DNA of 64,000 nucleotides from Dendrobates tinctorius (lineage: Eukaryota): positions 11,284,001 to 11,348,000 of the forward strand of contig NW_027361898.1 of the NCBI RefSeq assembly GCF_039654945.1, in the 5' to 3' direction. The position numbers and the translations under genes are program-made. A model generated the notes under the pieces. It made no database searches and was not told the origin of the DNA. It saw nothing but the letters and a program-made list of their open reading frames with translations. Below are positions 12,681 to 26,200 of the stretch, in pieces. Position 1 is the stretch's first letter; every line of letters starts with the position of its first letter.

Positions 12681-13796
12681 CTCCAACGTTCTGCCCACAC
12701 CGCATGTTCTGCACAGACTGTCTCACTTCTTCTGTACCAGCTTCTTCTTTAAACCCTGAGCAAATTAGTCTTAATGTGTTGTGTTTGACAGAGACATCAG
12801 TGACAGTGTCTAATGACCTTCTGTCTGCCAAATTTTAGGTTGCTTAGCTTTTAGACTGAATAATAGTATGCTGGTCTATATCTATCTATCTATTTATCAA
12901 TCTATGAAAAAAAAGGATATGGAACAGCACCAGGCCTCCAAACAATTTTTTTAATCTATCTTAACTCCTAACAGAAAGAAGCAGGTGTAAACAGGTTCAA
13001 GCCACTGTGACTGTATTGTATACAAACCGAAGAATACAGCAGCCTCTGTAACTACTGAGATATTTGCAAACATTGAGATAAGAAATTTAGACTTCATTAC
13101 TGCTATATAGAATGTACATATAAAATGAAGGTGGTTAGTGCATAAATTGGCCAATTCGTGTGTCCAACAGTCATAAGATATAAGACATACCGATTTTTCC
13201 ATGTGAGCTTAACCATTTCTGCCAGACATGAATTTCCCAGTCCAAAAGTCCATTTATAGGAAAAGTAGGATCCTATGTTAATGAAAAAAAAGCCTAAACC
13301 TGATAGGAGGAGTTCAGCCAGCTAAGGAGGCAGTTACTACTTCCAAATGTACTCTACAAAGAAACTAAAATTGACAAGCACCTTCTAACAGAATGAAGTG
13401 TGAACAGGTGCAAGTTGCTGTTACTGTATTATATACAAACCAAAGAGGCTTTTGACCAAGGAGATGCATGTCTAATATAAATAGATAGGATCTGACAAAA
13501 GAAAGGTGCACATTGTTGTGGCTGGTGGTCACACAAAAGTGGTCAAATTTATTCTCTATGTACCTTCATTTTATAAGTATATTCTACATGGCAGTAGCTT
13601 ATTTTTTACACATAACCAATGTTTCTAATCACAAGAATGTAAGAAGAAGTTTGAGCAATGTAAGTATACCATATTAGTACAGGAAAGATGTATATCTTTG
13701 TACCGTTGTTAGCCAGTAGATAGAAGAATATTTAGAATTGGGAGTCCTCAGTGGTTGATACCTTTTAATGGCTAACTGAAAAGATGGTAACACATT

Positions 13797-13833
13797 GCAA
13801 GCTTTCGAGACTACTCTGGTCTCTTCATCAGGC
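13797..13833 (-). ncRNA. Minimal type-I hammerhead ribozyme (Penelope-type)
   Basis: Minus strand GC-CTGATGA-A-GAGAC-CAGAGTA-GTCTC-GAAA-GCTT-GC: intact CUGAUGA/GAAA core, 5-bp stem II, palindromic AGCT in place of stem III. Confidence 0.75.
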
Positions 13834-14126
13834 TAGACTAATACAACAGATCTACTATACTAGTACTAATTTTAGTATGATATTTTTATCTAAATTTTCT
13901 AATGCACCTTTTAATCTAATTTGTAATTATTAATCTAAGTATCTATCTATCTTCAAAGAGAAGCAACATCATCAAAAAGTGTGTGGTGCCAAACCTCCCA
14001 GGCAGAGACCATTCCTACAATAATAAAGAAAATAATGGAGGCAGTACACCAACTGAAAAAATGAAAAAGTGACAGTGTTTTAGTAAGTCCATAATGGTAA
14101 CGTTTCGGTTCATGATGTGAGCTTCC

Positions 14127-14127
14127 T

Positions 14128-14187
<60 letters not shown>
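14127..14187. repeat. (TTTC)n microsatellite
   Basis: Directly visible. Confidence 0.95.
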
Positions 14188-17046
14188 ATCCAAATAATTA
14201 TATATTTGGATACTGCAATCTTATAATGTTTATTGTCTCACCAAATATTGGACATACTTGAATCTACTTAACATAAAAAAAATCTAAATTATGCTAAAAT
14301 GCATTACAGATTCTCAAGGGTAGTCCTGTTCATAACTATAAAAATGATTGGGTTCAGCTAGTGACAAAAAGTAAGAATGCTAGATAAAATCATTCTACAG
14401 TGTGAATATAAAGAAAACGGATATGATAAATAACAGGAAGATTGTATCTTGCTCATTCTCATCTGAAATCTTACTCATTCATCAATCATGAAGAGTACAT
14501 ATGATAGTTGTAAACATCTGGACATCTCTCTTATGGAGATGTCTAACATCAATTGCTCATATAAAGACATTGGAACGCGTATTTGGACCATTTCACAAGA
14601 TTTTTCCACTTGACCCATTTCATGCCTTGTTGACACTGAATGGCACAATCTGGTCTCTTCCGCTCAGTTGGTCTGATAGGTTTAACAAGACACACAACAC
14701 AGTATATCTTCTTGGCGCCATTCTGTTATTCACTAATATTATTTTCTCAGTGATGACTTGCCCTATAGTTGTACAGAAGCTCGGAAGACGGAAAGTAACC
14801 CCAGTAGAAGGATGACCTTTGGAATATCAATATCCTGCATTACTTGAATTACCAAATTGATCAAGTCTGTCAGATGGTTCAGTACCGGGCGTGAAGCATA
14901 CAACAGGAGAATCCCCAATGCTTCATAGATCTCTAGAATTCAGGAGCATAAAGAAATAGTTGGAGACAAGAAATGTAAAGGTCCGAGAACAGAAATTAAT
15001 CATTCAATTTATAAATGAATGTGGTATTTAACAACTTGTGCCTTTGAGGAATCTGGCCATGAAACTTCTCTGCTTGTGGCTACAATGGTTGTTATTGTAC
15101 TTTTTAATAAGAGGTAAATTGTAAAGTTACTTGATTTTACATGCACTTTGTCATTTTACCACTTTATGATGAGACAATCTCTTTAGGTATGATCCTACAA
15201 TGAGTTTTTGAATGCATATTTTTGCTGAAAAAAAGGCAAAAAATTACAGGTCCACCAGAGTCGATGTGATTTGTAGAAATCCCCTGCCCACTGTTACTTT
15301 TTTTTTTACGCAGAGTAAACTGACCTGAGATGTGTTTTTGAAATCCGCGACATGTCAATTTCTCGTGCAGTAAACAGGCATTTTCTTTGTGGATTTTCTG
15401 CATAGACTTGAATGAAATTAGGAAAATTTGCAGGTAAGAAAACACATGTGCATTTTTAATACATTTCAGCAGCGGAAATGCATTTTATCAATAAGGATTT
15501 GTCAAAGCTAAATAATAGGAAGTATCCAAACCAAAGCAGTTTTATTTAAAACATGACATTTCAAAGAGAGACTAAAACCACAGAACAAAAAAGGCAATTA
15601 AAACCCATGTAACCAAAATATACTAAATTATGCAGAGAAAAAATGACAATAACCTAATTTATCTAATAGGTGTAGAAATTTTGCAGAAAATCTGTAACAT
15701 CACAAACTCAGCAAATATTAGTGGGATCTTAGCCTTTAGGTTTGGGGAACTGTAGAGCCTCTCCATACACATTAGACTACTGTCATCTTAATCCGTCAAT
15801 ATCAACGGGTTCGGACAAAACTCCATTGTGCATGGGGGCATCGGCAAACTGATCATTGGGGGAGATAGCTATTGGGTATATCTGATTTTGGACTGTTGAT
15901 CACTTTGTTCTCAGGGAATAAAGCTCCTAGCAGAGATGTCTGTTGGATGGTTTTTCATCGACAACACTGCAGTGAACCTGTGTATAGGAGAGACAGCTCC
16001 CGGCCAAGTGATCGACCAAAACATTATTCGACAGATAGCCACCCAATGTGTATGACCGGCTTTAGGGTCAATCTACATGGGACTGATCTGCTGTGGATTT
16101 CATTGCAAAGTGCCCACTGATACTGATTTATCGCAATTTAACTCTTTGCCTTGCAAAGGTTGACATCTGTAAAAATCTGGGGAAAAGAAATTAAATGATT
16201 TCCTCTGCTGATTTTCTCCACAGTGCAGATGAGACTTCCTAAAATATCGCCCATATTGCTGATAATATAAAATGCAGTTGATTTTTTGCTTGCAAATCTG
16301 AAACAGAAAATCCACTGCATATGTACCCCATGTACACATACCCTGGGGATGTGTTCACACGTTTCTGGCATTTTTGCGCTGCTATTTTTCTTTTTTTCAC
16401 AAAAATGCAGAAGGTACATGTCTTTATCAATTTCAGAACATAGATCTAAATGAAAACACATTAAAGATAGATTAAACACAAATTACGCCAATCTAAATTC
16501 AATGTGGCTTGCAGAAGCAGATTCTCACATATATACATATTTATTCATTTCTATGTACACCCATGCCCAGCAGAGTTTATCAATTATCAGTTGGTGGGAT
16601 GACAGTAAGTTTACCTATTTACCATATAAGAAGAATTACAGCACTCACCAAGCTGCATATAAATCTTCCTCTATTTCCAATATAAGTGCTTATCACAGAA
16701 AAGCATTACATGGTATAGTACTAGGTTACAGAGGTTTCGCATTCACTTACGCTTCATCTGACCCTCAGTCAGATGAAGCATAGTTGAATGCGAAACTTTT
16801 GTTCTCAAGTCCTGTATCATGTAATTCTCTATTGTGATATTTACTAATTTTAGAAATAAAGGAAGATTTTTTTATTCAGCTTAGTGAATGCCATAATTTT
16901 TTCTTTGTTATAGTTATACTTTGCCTATTTCAATTTACTGAGTGCCACTATTGCTTTTTCCTCCGAGCCCTGGCAGAACTTATTTTCCCACTGATGATAG
17001 TGTTAGGTGCATACTTCCATTTTTTGGACTATTCTTGTTTATAGTG

Positions 17047-17292
17047 GGCAGCACGGTGGCTCAGTCCTGGGTTTGAATCCCACCAAGGACAACATCTGCA
17101 AGAAGTTTGTATGTGCTCCCCGTGTTTGCATGGGTTTCCTCCGGGTACTCCGGTTTCCTCCCACATTCCAAAGACATACTGATAGGGAATTTAGATTGTG
17201 AGCCCCATTGGGGACAGTGATGATAATGTGTGCAAACTGCAAAGCGCTGTGGAATATGTTAGTGCTATATAAACATAAAGATTATTATTATT
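17047..17292 (+). mobile_element. tRNA-derived V-SINE-like element
   Basis: GGCAGCACGGTGGCTCAG head (segment between A and B boxes deleted), core GGGTACTCCGGTTTCCTCCCACA, (ATT)n tail. Confidence 0.88.
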
Positions 17293-17879
17293 ACCGGTAT
17301 TTATATATATGGGGCAGGCTGTGGAGTGTCCTCTAAATTCATGCAGATGTAATGGTACGTTATTAGAGATGCCCATGATCTTCTAAGCTCTTTGTTCTGC
17401 CATGAGCCCACGTTCAGACAGACAGAAGATGAATTCAGCATTCGCTCCCAGTTTTGATGAGCTTCATGAAGGAGGTAATGAGGCCCAATCACAGCTAAAC
17501 ATACTAATCAGCATTTCTAAATGATGTTAATTGATAGCTGTGATTCCTCAGCCTTGTCTTCTTACCTGTCAATCACAGACTGGGGCTGCTTTTCCCAGAG
17601 ATAAAAAGGGATTAGAGAGGAGACTATTGCGGATTTTTGTGCGATTTGTAACTAATTACACAGCTCTCTGACTGGGGTTATCTCTGCTTCATTCAACAAG
17701 TGCTCAGAGATGAGGCACATTACAGGAAGATGCTGGAGAGTCCAGGTTCACTACGTTGCTCAGATATTGCTTCTGGCACATCCACGCTGGTGTCTTTAGA
17801 TTCTCGGGGATTTTATGTTTGGATGGAGGCACACAACTGATGCATTTTTATACAAAACCTACAAAAGACAAAATGGAAA

Positions 17880-18130
17880 AAAAACCCTGCTATAATTAAA
17901 TAAGTAAAAAGCAAAAGTGCATTTAAATCATACAGAGTTCTTAGTAATACTGCATTTGATCAAACATAGCATAAAAGCCGTCCCACCATCGACAAGGTGA
18001 CTCTGTGGTCGGGGCGGTCCTACACTGTCTAGTATTAATAACCTTATCATGTGTCAAAATTGACGTCTGTGTGAATAAGGGCAGACAAGGACCGGGTCCC
18101 AACCACCGGACACCAGTCAGGGGAAGCCTT
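17880..18130. repeat. Interspersed repeat of unassigned class
   Basis: Diverged reverse-complement copy at about 37620-37840 (GTGAATAAGGGCAGA / TCTGCCCTTATTCAC; CCCTGCTATAA / TTATAGCAGGG). Confidence 0.6.
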
Positions 18131-19896
18131 TAAACACAATTTCCAGCTCAGGAGAGTGAAGCCACACCACAGCTTGCACAGAATGCAAAAATACAAAGAC
18201 AAAAAACAAAAATTGAGCTTGGTTTGAGTTGGTACACATGCAACATATACATTTTTTGATGCATTTTTATGCCAGATATTCAAATCAAATTTAAACAGAA
18301 GAATATGATTTTTATTTTTAATGTTCTAATTTATATGTTATTTTTCTTCATGTGATGTCAATGGGTTGCAAATTGGATAACCAAGTTTAGTGCTAGACAT
18401 GATGTGTGGTGGGGTGGATGTAATTTATGTGACATTTTTAATTGTAAAGTGCTGCGGACTATGTTAGCGTTATATAAATAAAAATTATTATTGTAATTTA
18501 TTTTAATTTTACCAACCACTGTAAGAAATGGTTTATGAGTTCTGAGCGATCATCACTATTAGGGCCCTTTTACATGGGTCACTGATCAGCAGAAGGAGAG
18601 TTCTTAGGAATATTAATTCCTGATCAGTTTCCACTGCAAACATGCCCAGTGATCACATATGAACAAAAGCTAGTTTATTGGCTCAACACAGGCTAAAAAT
18701 CAATGATTGCCAGCAACACATCGCCTCGTGCAACCAGAGGCTATACGGTCATCAATAATGAGAACTGCATGGGACGAACGATCATAATGATAATTTATTC
18801 CAAATTGTCCCAATACAGTTTGCCCTCCACTATGATGGCATATAACACGTGCACCTATCAAACTCCTATAATGTCAATCAGTGGGGTTTATCTACCCACG
18901 TGAAATGACTTAGACTCATGAAATTCTCTTGTATCCTAATTTATTAGCTGTAAAACTTTTGATAGCTCAAGATCCAAGGTGGCAAAATTACTGGTCATCA
19001 AATATAAGCAGCTGCCTTAATTTGTGCTGCGGACTGCTCAGAGTCAGGACCAAGGACAACATTTGCAGGTTCTCCATGTGTTTGAGATGGTTTCCTCCAG
19101 GTATTCCATCTGTAAAACACATGCTGGTGCTATGAACGTAAGCATACAAAATAAATACATTATGTGGGTCCAAATATATATGTGTATATACCATAAAGCA
19201 CATGCACATTTGGAAAGAAACTTTTTAGGACATCCAACCAAAGAAAGTGTTGTCTTCCTCACCCTTGAACCTTCTGAAGTCCTGTTAATGTCCAATCTAA
19301 AAAAAAGTCTTTATGTAAAACAGTATATCGAATTCAGGGGAGGAGGAGGATGCAGCTGCCCGGTGGAAAATGTCTTTGCTACTAATCTTTCCTTCCCTTT
19401 TATCATAGGAATGAGAAGAATTGGACCCTCGCTGGGAAGAAGGTGCCTAGAGGTCTAATCTCAGAAAAAATATCGCAATGACCTTAGATGTCAAAGAGAC
19501 ATGTTAATGGTATATAGCAGGAGTAAAGGGGTTACAGATCACAGACGTGCCCTGCTCCTAAAATAGCAACCGATGGGAAAAAGAAAAGATGAGCATAGAT
19601 AAGATAAGTGTATATTGTATTTCTAAGGAAGGGCCTACAGTATTTTCACTGTGAAATTTGCAACGCTAAATCTTTAAACCTTAAGTTTTTTTATGCACTC
19701 AGAACAATCACTAAGGCATCATTCAGTGCACATAAGCTGCCTTTATTCTCGGCAGCACAGGTCCTGTTTACACAGTATGATGTGCTGCCAAGAATAATGA
19801 TCTTTTGTGCAACCCAAAACATCTTTTTACCCAACGAACGAACAAGTGTTTTGCTCATTCCTCGGTTGATCTTTAGACTGCACAATTATTGTGAAA

Positions 19897-20484
19897 CTAG
19901 CTGCTGGCCCGACTCTAAAGCATCGGGTACTCTAGAATATGGCCACCGGCAGATTAAAATAAAAAATGTGATATACTTACCATCCGACGGCCCCCGGAAT
20001 CTGTCCCTCCTCTCCACGCTGCCGGCATCTTCCGTTCCCAGTACTGCTTTGCGCCAAAGACCGCTGCTGACATCCTCTTGCGAGAGCGTGACGTCATCAG
20101 CGGTATTTCGCGCAAAGCAGTACTGGGAACGGAAGATGCCGGCAGCGTGGAGAGGAGGGACAGATTCCGGGGGCCGTCGGAAGGTGAGTAGATCACTATT
20201 TTTTAAATTAATTCTATTTATTACACGTTTAAGGTACCGAGGGTCCGAAGGAGTCTCTTCTCCTCCGGGCAATTCCGGCTGCGTCGCCGCTGACGCCCGT
20301 GTGCCCGGAGATGACCCGTGGCACGGTAGTGGTGGCGTGCATCCTGCTAATTGCGGACTGCACTTGCGCGCTGCGCCTGTTGCAGATTGGTTGCGGCCTG
20401 GCGGGGGCCTGGCGGCTGCGACCAGTCAGCGCAGTGGGATTTCGGTTACAGACAGACATGATAAGGCGTTTATATATATATAGA
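19897..20484 (-). mobile_element. Non-autonomous Helitron with internal palindrome
   Basis: Minus strand starts TCTATATA and ends with hairpin CCCGATGCTTTAGAGTCGGG plus CCAGCAG-CTAG|T. No TSD. The 5' flank is T rather than the usual A. Confidence 0.75.
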
Positions 20485-22656
20485 AGAGCATTCCTAGAAA
20501 TGCTTGGTTCAGTAAATGATGCGGTGTAAATGCAATTTCAAGGTTCAATTACATTGTGCAATATACAGCATTAAACAACCACCGTCTGGCAACATGTCTG
20601 CTGGTCGGTGGTCATTTCATTGCCTTTTTACTTAGGTCAACCTTGCTTCTGATGTGCACAGAATGATCGGTAATAAACTCTTGTGTGCACATAGGCTGCC
20701 ATTGTTCTTAACAGCAGGTCCTGTTTGTAGGGGAAGATGCTATGCCGAGGCGATGGTCGTCTGTGCAATACAAAAGATCATTTCACCTGACGAATGAACA
20801 TCTTGTTCGTCCGGTGATCAGTAATTTGTTTATATGAAACAATCTCCTTTTGTAAGAGCATCCCAGGAGCAAGGGTTCACGTTAGCGGTGCAGTGTAAAT
20901 GGACCTCACATCAGAGCATCACCCTGGATTTGGGAATTAATTCTTTTCCTTACTGCTCCACTATTCTGTTTTCAAACTCTAATACAGCACTTGGCTCTAG
21001 AAAAGTACATGGCATGATATGGACCTCATCAGCCATGCAGCGTGAATGGGTTATATGCATCTAGTTTTAAAGCATCTCAAACAGTGAAATAATCTGACTT
21101 GGAAGGGAAAATAAAGAGATAATGCAGACCCATAGAAGAAAGCCTTGTAAAAGCACTCAGCAAGTTATCTACTGCTCTACGACATATGTTGTAAGTTTGC
21201 TAATGCAATATATGTGTATTTAGCAGCTTCTCACATATACACCAAGATGCCTCAGAGAAATCCCGTGGAATGTGCAGCACAAACTGATCCCTATAGAAAA
21301 CAGTGCTAATTTGATCCTAAAGTAAAGGGGGCGATACACAGCTGTCGTGAAAGAAATGCACTGTGGTGGCCATTTTTAGAGGATGAAGTACATGACAGAA
21401 TTTTAGACCTTACAATAATATTAGTTCAAGATTCTTAACCCTTTCTTTGCAATAAGGGCAGTTTACGTCCAGGCAGGCGAGTTAGAAATAATAATAATAA
21501 TAATAATGATAATAATAATAATGTAAGAACAACAGGATTCTGACTACTGAATTACATTTGTACAACACATTTATATTTTGAGAAAAACTAAGCTTGAGGC
21601 TAATAGAAAGTTTTTAGCAATAGCATGACTGTTGTATTAGTACTAGACAGTAACATAGTTTATTGCAATGTGGTAATCGTCCACAATTTGATTTCTACCT
21701 GTGACATATATTTGGCGTTAGAAGTTGCCCAACTGTATAACGAGTTACCACCTTCTCAGTTTTAGTGTTTTTTTGCTGTGTACATTGTCATTAGTGAGCA
21801 CTGCAGCAGTTTATTTGATATATTGCCAAAATGCTACCCATCTCACCACAATGTGGGTACGGATTTCTCAGCATATTCCATTCACTAGACTCCATGACGC
21901 GATCTTCAAAGCTGATTTATATATCAAAATATCAACATCGTCCTTTATTAAAGAGGAGAGAAAGAATAAATGAGAGTATAGGGTAGGAAAAATATATAGA
22001 GAGGGATAGAAATTAACAGGTAGGGAATGAGGGAAGAAAAACGAAAAGTGGGATAGATTATCATAAGCAATTTTAATCTTGGCATTTTTATATTGTTTTC
22101 TTATTTCTTATATATTTTTTATTATACAATATAACTCGAAACATTTTAAGTAAACAACAATAACTTCTTATACCAAGCTTGTCTGATTTTCATAGTGAAT
22201 TGATGCCTTTTTGTTTCGTGTGGTTATGGTATTGCTGAGTGTTATTTTTGGGGATTTGGTTGTGAAGTTGTTTTAGATTGGGGAAATGTTTTGAGCCACA
22301 ATTGCTTCTATTACTATTATTATAGGCAGCGAAACTGTTATTTCTGAGTGCGAAAATGTGTTCATAAATGTTGTGTATTTATTTTTCCAATACCTTTCCT
22401 TATTGTCGGTGTTTCTGCTTGTCTCCAGATGGGGGCTGGGGAGGGCACAGCCTGAGAGGAAGCCCCCCATGACTGCAATGGGCGGGCAGGTTTTTCAAAA
22501 TTGTTTGGGCTTCGGGTGTCCTGAATGGCTGGGTCTGGGTCAAGGGAGATGTTCTGGGCGTGGACGCCCTGGGGGTAGTGGTAGAAAGTGCGGGAAAAAC
22601 TGCATTCGGGTCAGAGAAGCAGAGAACCGAAGAGCCCACCTGATCACAGAAGAAGT

Positions 22657-24617
22657 ATGGAGATCGTGGATGCGCTTATGTCCAGGCTCCAGGACGTGGC
22701 CCGGTCCAGGAGGGGGGGATGGCTCCAGTCTCAGCTGTCCTCTCTCCTCCGGTCTGTGGATACGCCCGGAATTAGCCAGCGTGGCAGGAGGACGAGGCCC
22801 CCTGAGAGGTTGTCACCGGAGGTCACAGCGCGCAGCAGGCGACGGCTACGGAGCCCCTCTGGCACAAGCTCCGGGGCAGCTTCCCCCCTCAGAGCCCGTC
22901 CCGGCAGGAATCCGCCCAGCTGACTTGCGAGTGCAGGAAGAAGGAGAGCGGGAGTCGCGCCGGAACAGCAGGCCAGCCAGGAAGTGAGGACGTCGCGGGT
23001 GGGAGCCGAAGTATCGCGGGACGGAGCGGCGCCAGGCAGGTCCCCAGGCACAGGAGCGGTCCGCGGCAGGCCTGCATCACAGCGGCGAGCAGGCAGAGGC
23101 TATGTCAGCGAGGACGGCATCAGCAGGCAAGGCAGCGGGCGCTACGGGGGAGGTCCGCACTGGGGGGCCTGCCGGACAGAGTGCCAGACAGAGCGGCGCA
23201 ATGGGCAGGCGGGGGCATTATGATGACGTCCTGCCGTACCCCAGCACTGATTACAGGTCGGGGAGAGCGGCGGGCATCAACGGACAGCTGTCTGGCAGTC
23301 GGCTGGAGTCTGATACGGACCGGACAGGCCGGTCCGGGTCTGGGGATCGACACAGGTCCCGCTCAGGCCGGAGATCCACGGAGCACCAGGAGTCACATGC
23401 ACAGGTTCCCCCTGGTGATGAGGAGGCCGGGGGCGTGGGCCGGGAGCAGCACAGAGGGTCTGACGGTACTGGCTCTGGCAGTGAACGGCAGGATCGGGGA
23501 AGACGGCAGGATTCTGGACAGTCGGCTGGCGGGGACACAGCACCCGCGCAGCTATGTGAGTATGGCTCTATGTCGTGTCTGTCGCCCGCAGGGGCAGTAT
23601 TGCAGGATGTTGGGGGTATTTTAGGGGGTAGTAGGGAGCAGAGGGGGTGTAGCGGGCATAGCGGGGCTGAAGTGCCTGGGCTGAGAGATATTTTGAATAA
23701 TATGTCAAACATTTTAAGGAGACTCGAGGGGGGGGTAATTGGGGAGGCAGCCCAATCTCCGGTGGGGGCATGGTTAGTGGGTCGAGGATCTGGCACTCAG
23801 GCAGAAGGAGAGGTGTTACGCCCAGTCGAGTGCGACGGAAGGGCATCAGCGGGGGTATCGGTTTTGGTGCAAATGGAGACGGACAAGGGTGACAAGATAA
23901 AACTGGACGATAGGGCTAAGGGAGAGGTTTATGTGTGTTTTGAGGGGCCTTTGGGTGCCCATTTAAAGAAGGAAGTGAAGGAAAAGATCTGACGGGACGA
24001 GTATGTCGAGATATTCTCCCTCCTTCCGTTGGAGAAATTTAACTTGGATAAGAGGAAAAAAAGACGATAGTAAAAAAGAGGAGGAAAAAAAGAGGAGGTG
24101 GCGGTTGATTCCACAGACGTTTGTCAATTGGATGCAGGTATTCGCTATGTTGGCGAGTGTCACTCATAGGCGAAAAGTTTCCGGAAAATTGTTCTGGCCT
24201 ATTTTGCTATTTAGATGCTATTGGGGAGGCGCATCGTATTTACGGGGGTCAGGCGTGGTTACGATACGATGAGCAGTTTAGACAGAGGAAGGCGGTGCGG
24301 CCAGAGATAAAATGGGATCAGAAGGATATCGGGTTGTGGCTGAAGGTGATGGCTCCAGTGACGTATGGGCAGTCCTTTCACGGGAGCGGGGGGCAGTGGC
24401 AGCCAGCAGGCAGGACATGGAAGTGGTGGTCAGGGAGGAAAGGAGAAGTCTGGAACGTGTTGGCAATTTAATGACGGCCAGTGTTAGTACGCAAACAGCT
24501 GTAAGTTCAAGCACGTGTGCTCCCACTGCAATGGTACCTCTCACGGGGTGGCAAAATGTTTCAAAAAGGGGAAGGGTAAGCCACACGTGGGTACTGGTCA
24601 AGGGGGAGAGCCCAGTG
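22657..24617 (+). pseudogene. Ngaro ORF1/Gag-like protein (stops and frameshifts)
   Basis: MEIVDALMSRL..., PLGAHLKKEVKEKI*RDEYVEIFSLL, AWLRYDEQFRQR, C-terminal CWQFNDGQC...CKFKHVCSHC...H...C zinc fingers. Stops at 22921 and 23990. Confidence 0.8.
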
Positions 24618-26200
24618 AGAATTCAAGAGATGGCCCCCTTTCTAAATAGGTACCTGGATCGGGTGGAGGCCGATGTTGTTTGGAAAGGTTTTGTTGAGGG
24701 CTTCAGGATTCCCCCTCCAAGCCATGTGGTTCCTTTCTTGGTTAAAAATTTGCGGTCGGCAACGATGCATGGGGAGGTAGTGGATGCGAAGTTAAAAAAG
24801 GAAGTGGAACTGGGCAGGATGGCTGGTCCGTTCCCCACTGCGCCAGTAGCGGGTTTGATTGTTTCCCCTTTGGGGGTAGTGCCAAAAAAGGAACCGAACA
24901 AGTTTTGTTTGATCCAGCATTTATCATACCTGAACGGTTTGTCAGTTAACGATGGGATTGATAAAGAGCTGTGTTCGGTGGAGTATACCTCGTTCGATAC
25001 GGCTGTGCATTGGGTGCGGCGTTATGGTTTTGGGGCTCTGTTAGCAAAGACCGACATTGAATCGGCCTTTCGTTTATTGCCGGTTCACGCGGAGAGTATC
25101 CCGCTGTTGGGTTGTTTTTGGAATGGGGATTTTTACCTCGATAGGTGTTTGCTGATGGGTTGTTCAATTTCTTGTTCACTTTTCGAGATGTTTAGCACTT
25201 TTTTGGAATGGGTGGTGAAGGATGTTGCAGGTGTGCAATCGATCATTTATTACCTGGATGATTTTCTTTTTATCGGTCCCCCCGGATTCATCATTGTGTA
25301 GGAATGCGTTAGCAGCCATGGTTTGGGTGGCAGAGCGTTTTGGGGTGCCTTTGGCGACGGAAAAGACGGAAGGCTCTAAGACCGTTATAAGTTTTTTGGG
25401 CATAGTAATTGATTCGGAAAAGATGGAGTGTCGCTTACCAGAGGACAAATTGTCATTGTTGAAGCATGAGGTAGAGAGGATCGCGAGGTTGCGGAAGGTG
25501 ACGTTAAAGGAGTTGCAATCTTTATTGGGGAGATTGAACTTCGCTTGTAGGATTATGCCCATGGGTCGCATTTTTTCCCGTCGTCTGGCATGCGTGACAG
25601 CTGGAGTGAAGGCTCCGCACCATTATGTTCAATTCACTAAGGAACATAGGGAGGATTTGATGGTTTGGCAGCGTTTTTTACGGAATTACAACGGTCAGTC
25701 GTTGATGCAGGAGGAGACTTTGAGCGATTTTGACTTTGAGATCTATACAGATGCAGCAGGCAGCTCTGGTTACGGCGCCTACTGTAAGGGGAAGTAGAGT
25801 GTGGGGCAATGGCCACAGGAATGGAAGTCTTTGGGCCTTACCAAAAACTTGGCGTTGTTGGAATTGTTTCCTATTGTCGTAGCTGTCTCGATTTGGGGTT
25901 CTATGTTCGCGAATCGGAGGGTGCGATTTCATTGTGACAACGCGAGCGTAGTGGCGGTGATTAACAGTTTGTCGGCCTCATCCCCCCCCCCTGTGATTAG
26001 GTTGGTTAGGGTTTTGGTTCTACTGTGTCTGGAGTTGAATGCGGGGATTTCTGCAGTACATGTGCCCGGGGTTACAAACTCAATAGCAGATTCTTTGTCT
26101 CGTTTTCAGTGGGGGCGCTTTCGAGAGTTGGTGCCAGAAGCGGATGCCTTGGGCGTGGAATGCCCTTCTTATCTGTGGCTAGTGATTACGGAAGAGCGGG
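24600..26200 (+). pseudogene. Ngaro reverse transcriptase / RNase H
   Basis: SPLGVVPKK, KTDIESAFRLLPV, MGCSISC, YLDDFL. RNase H motifs YTDAAG, LLELFPI, HCDNASVV, HVPGVTNSIADSLSR. Frameshift near 25280, stop at 25795. Confidence 0.93.

Noticed and set aside
14751-14847. Plus-strand exon after CTAAT...TTTTCTCAG
   Set aside because: All frames stop within about 32 codons, the peptides are unrecognisable, and no partner exons are evident.
19608-20483. 291-aa ORF
   Set aside because: Runs across a MITE-like repeat and a GC-rich Helitron palindrome; GTG start; no domain motif.
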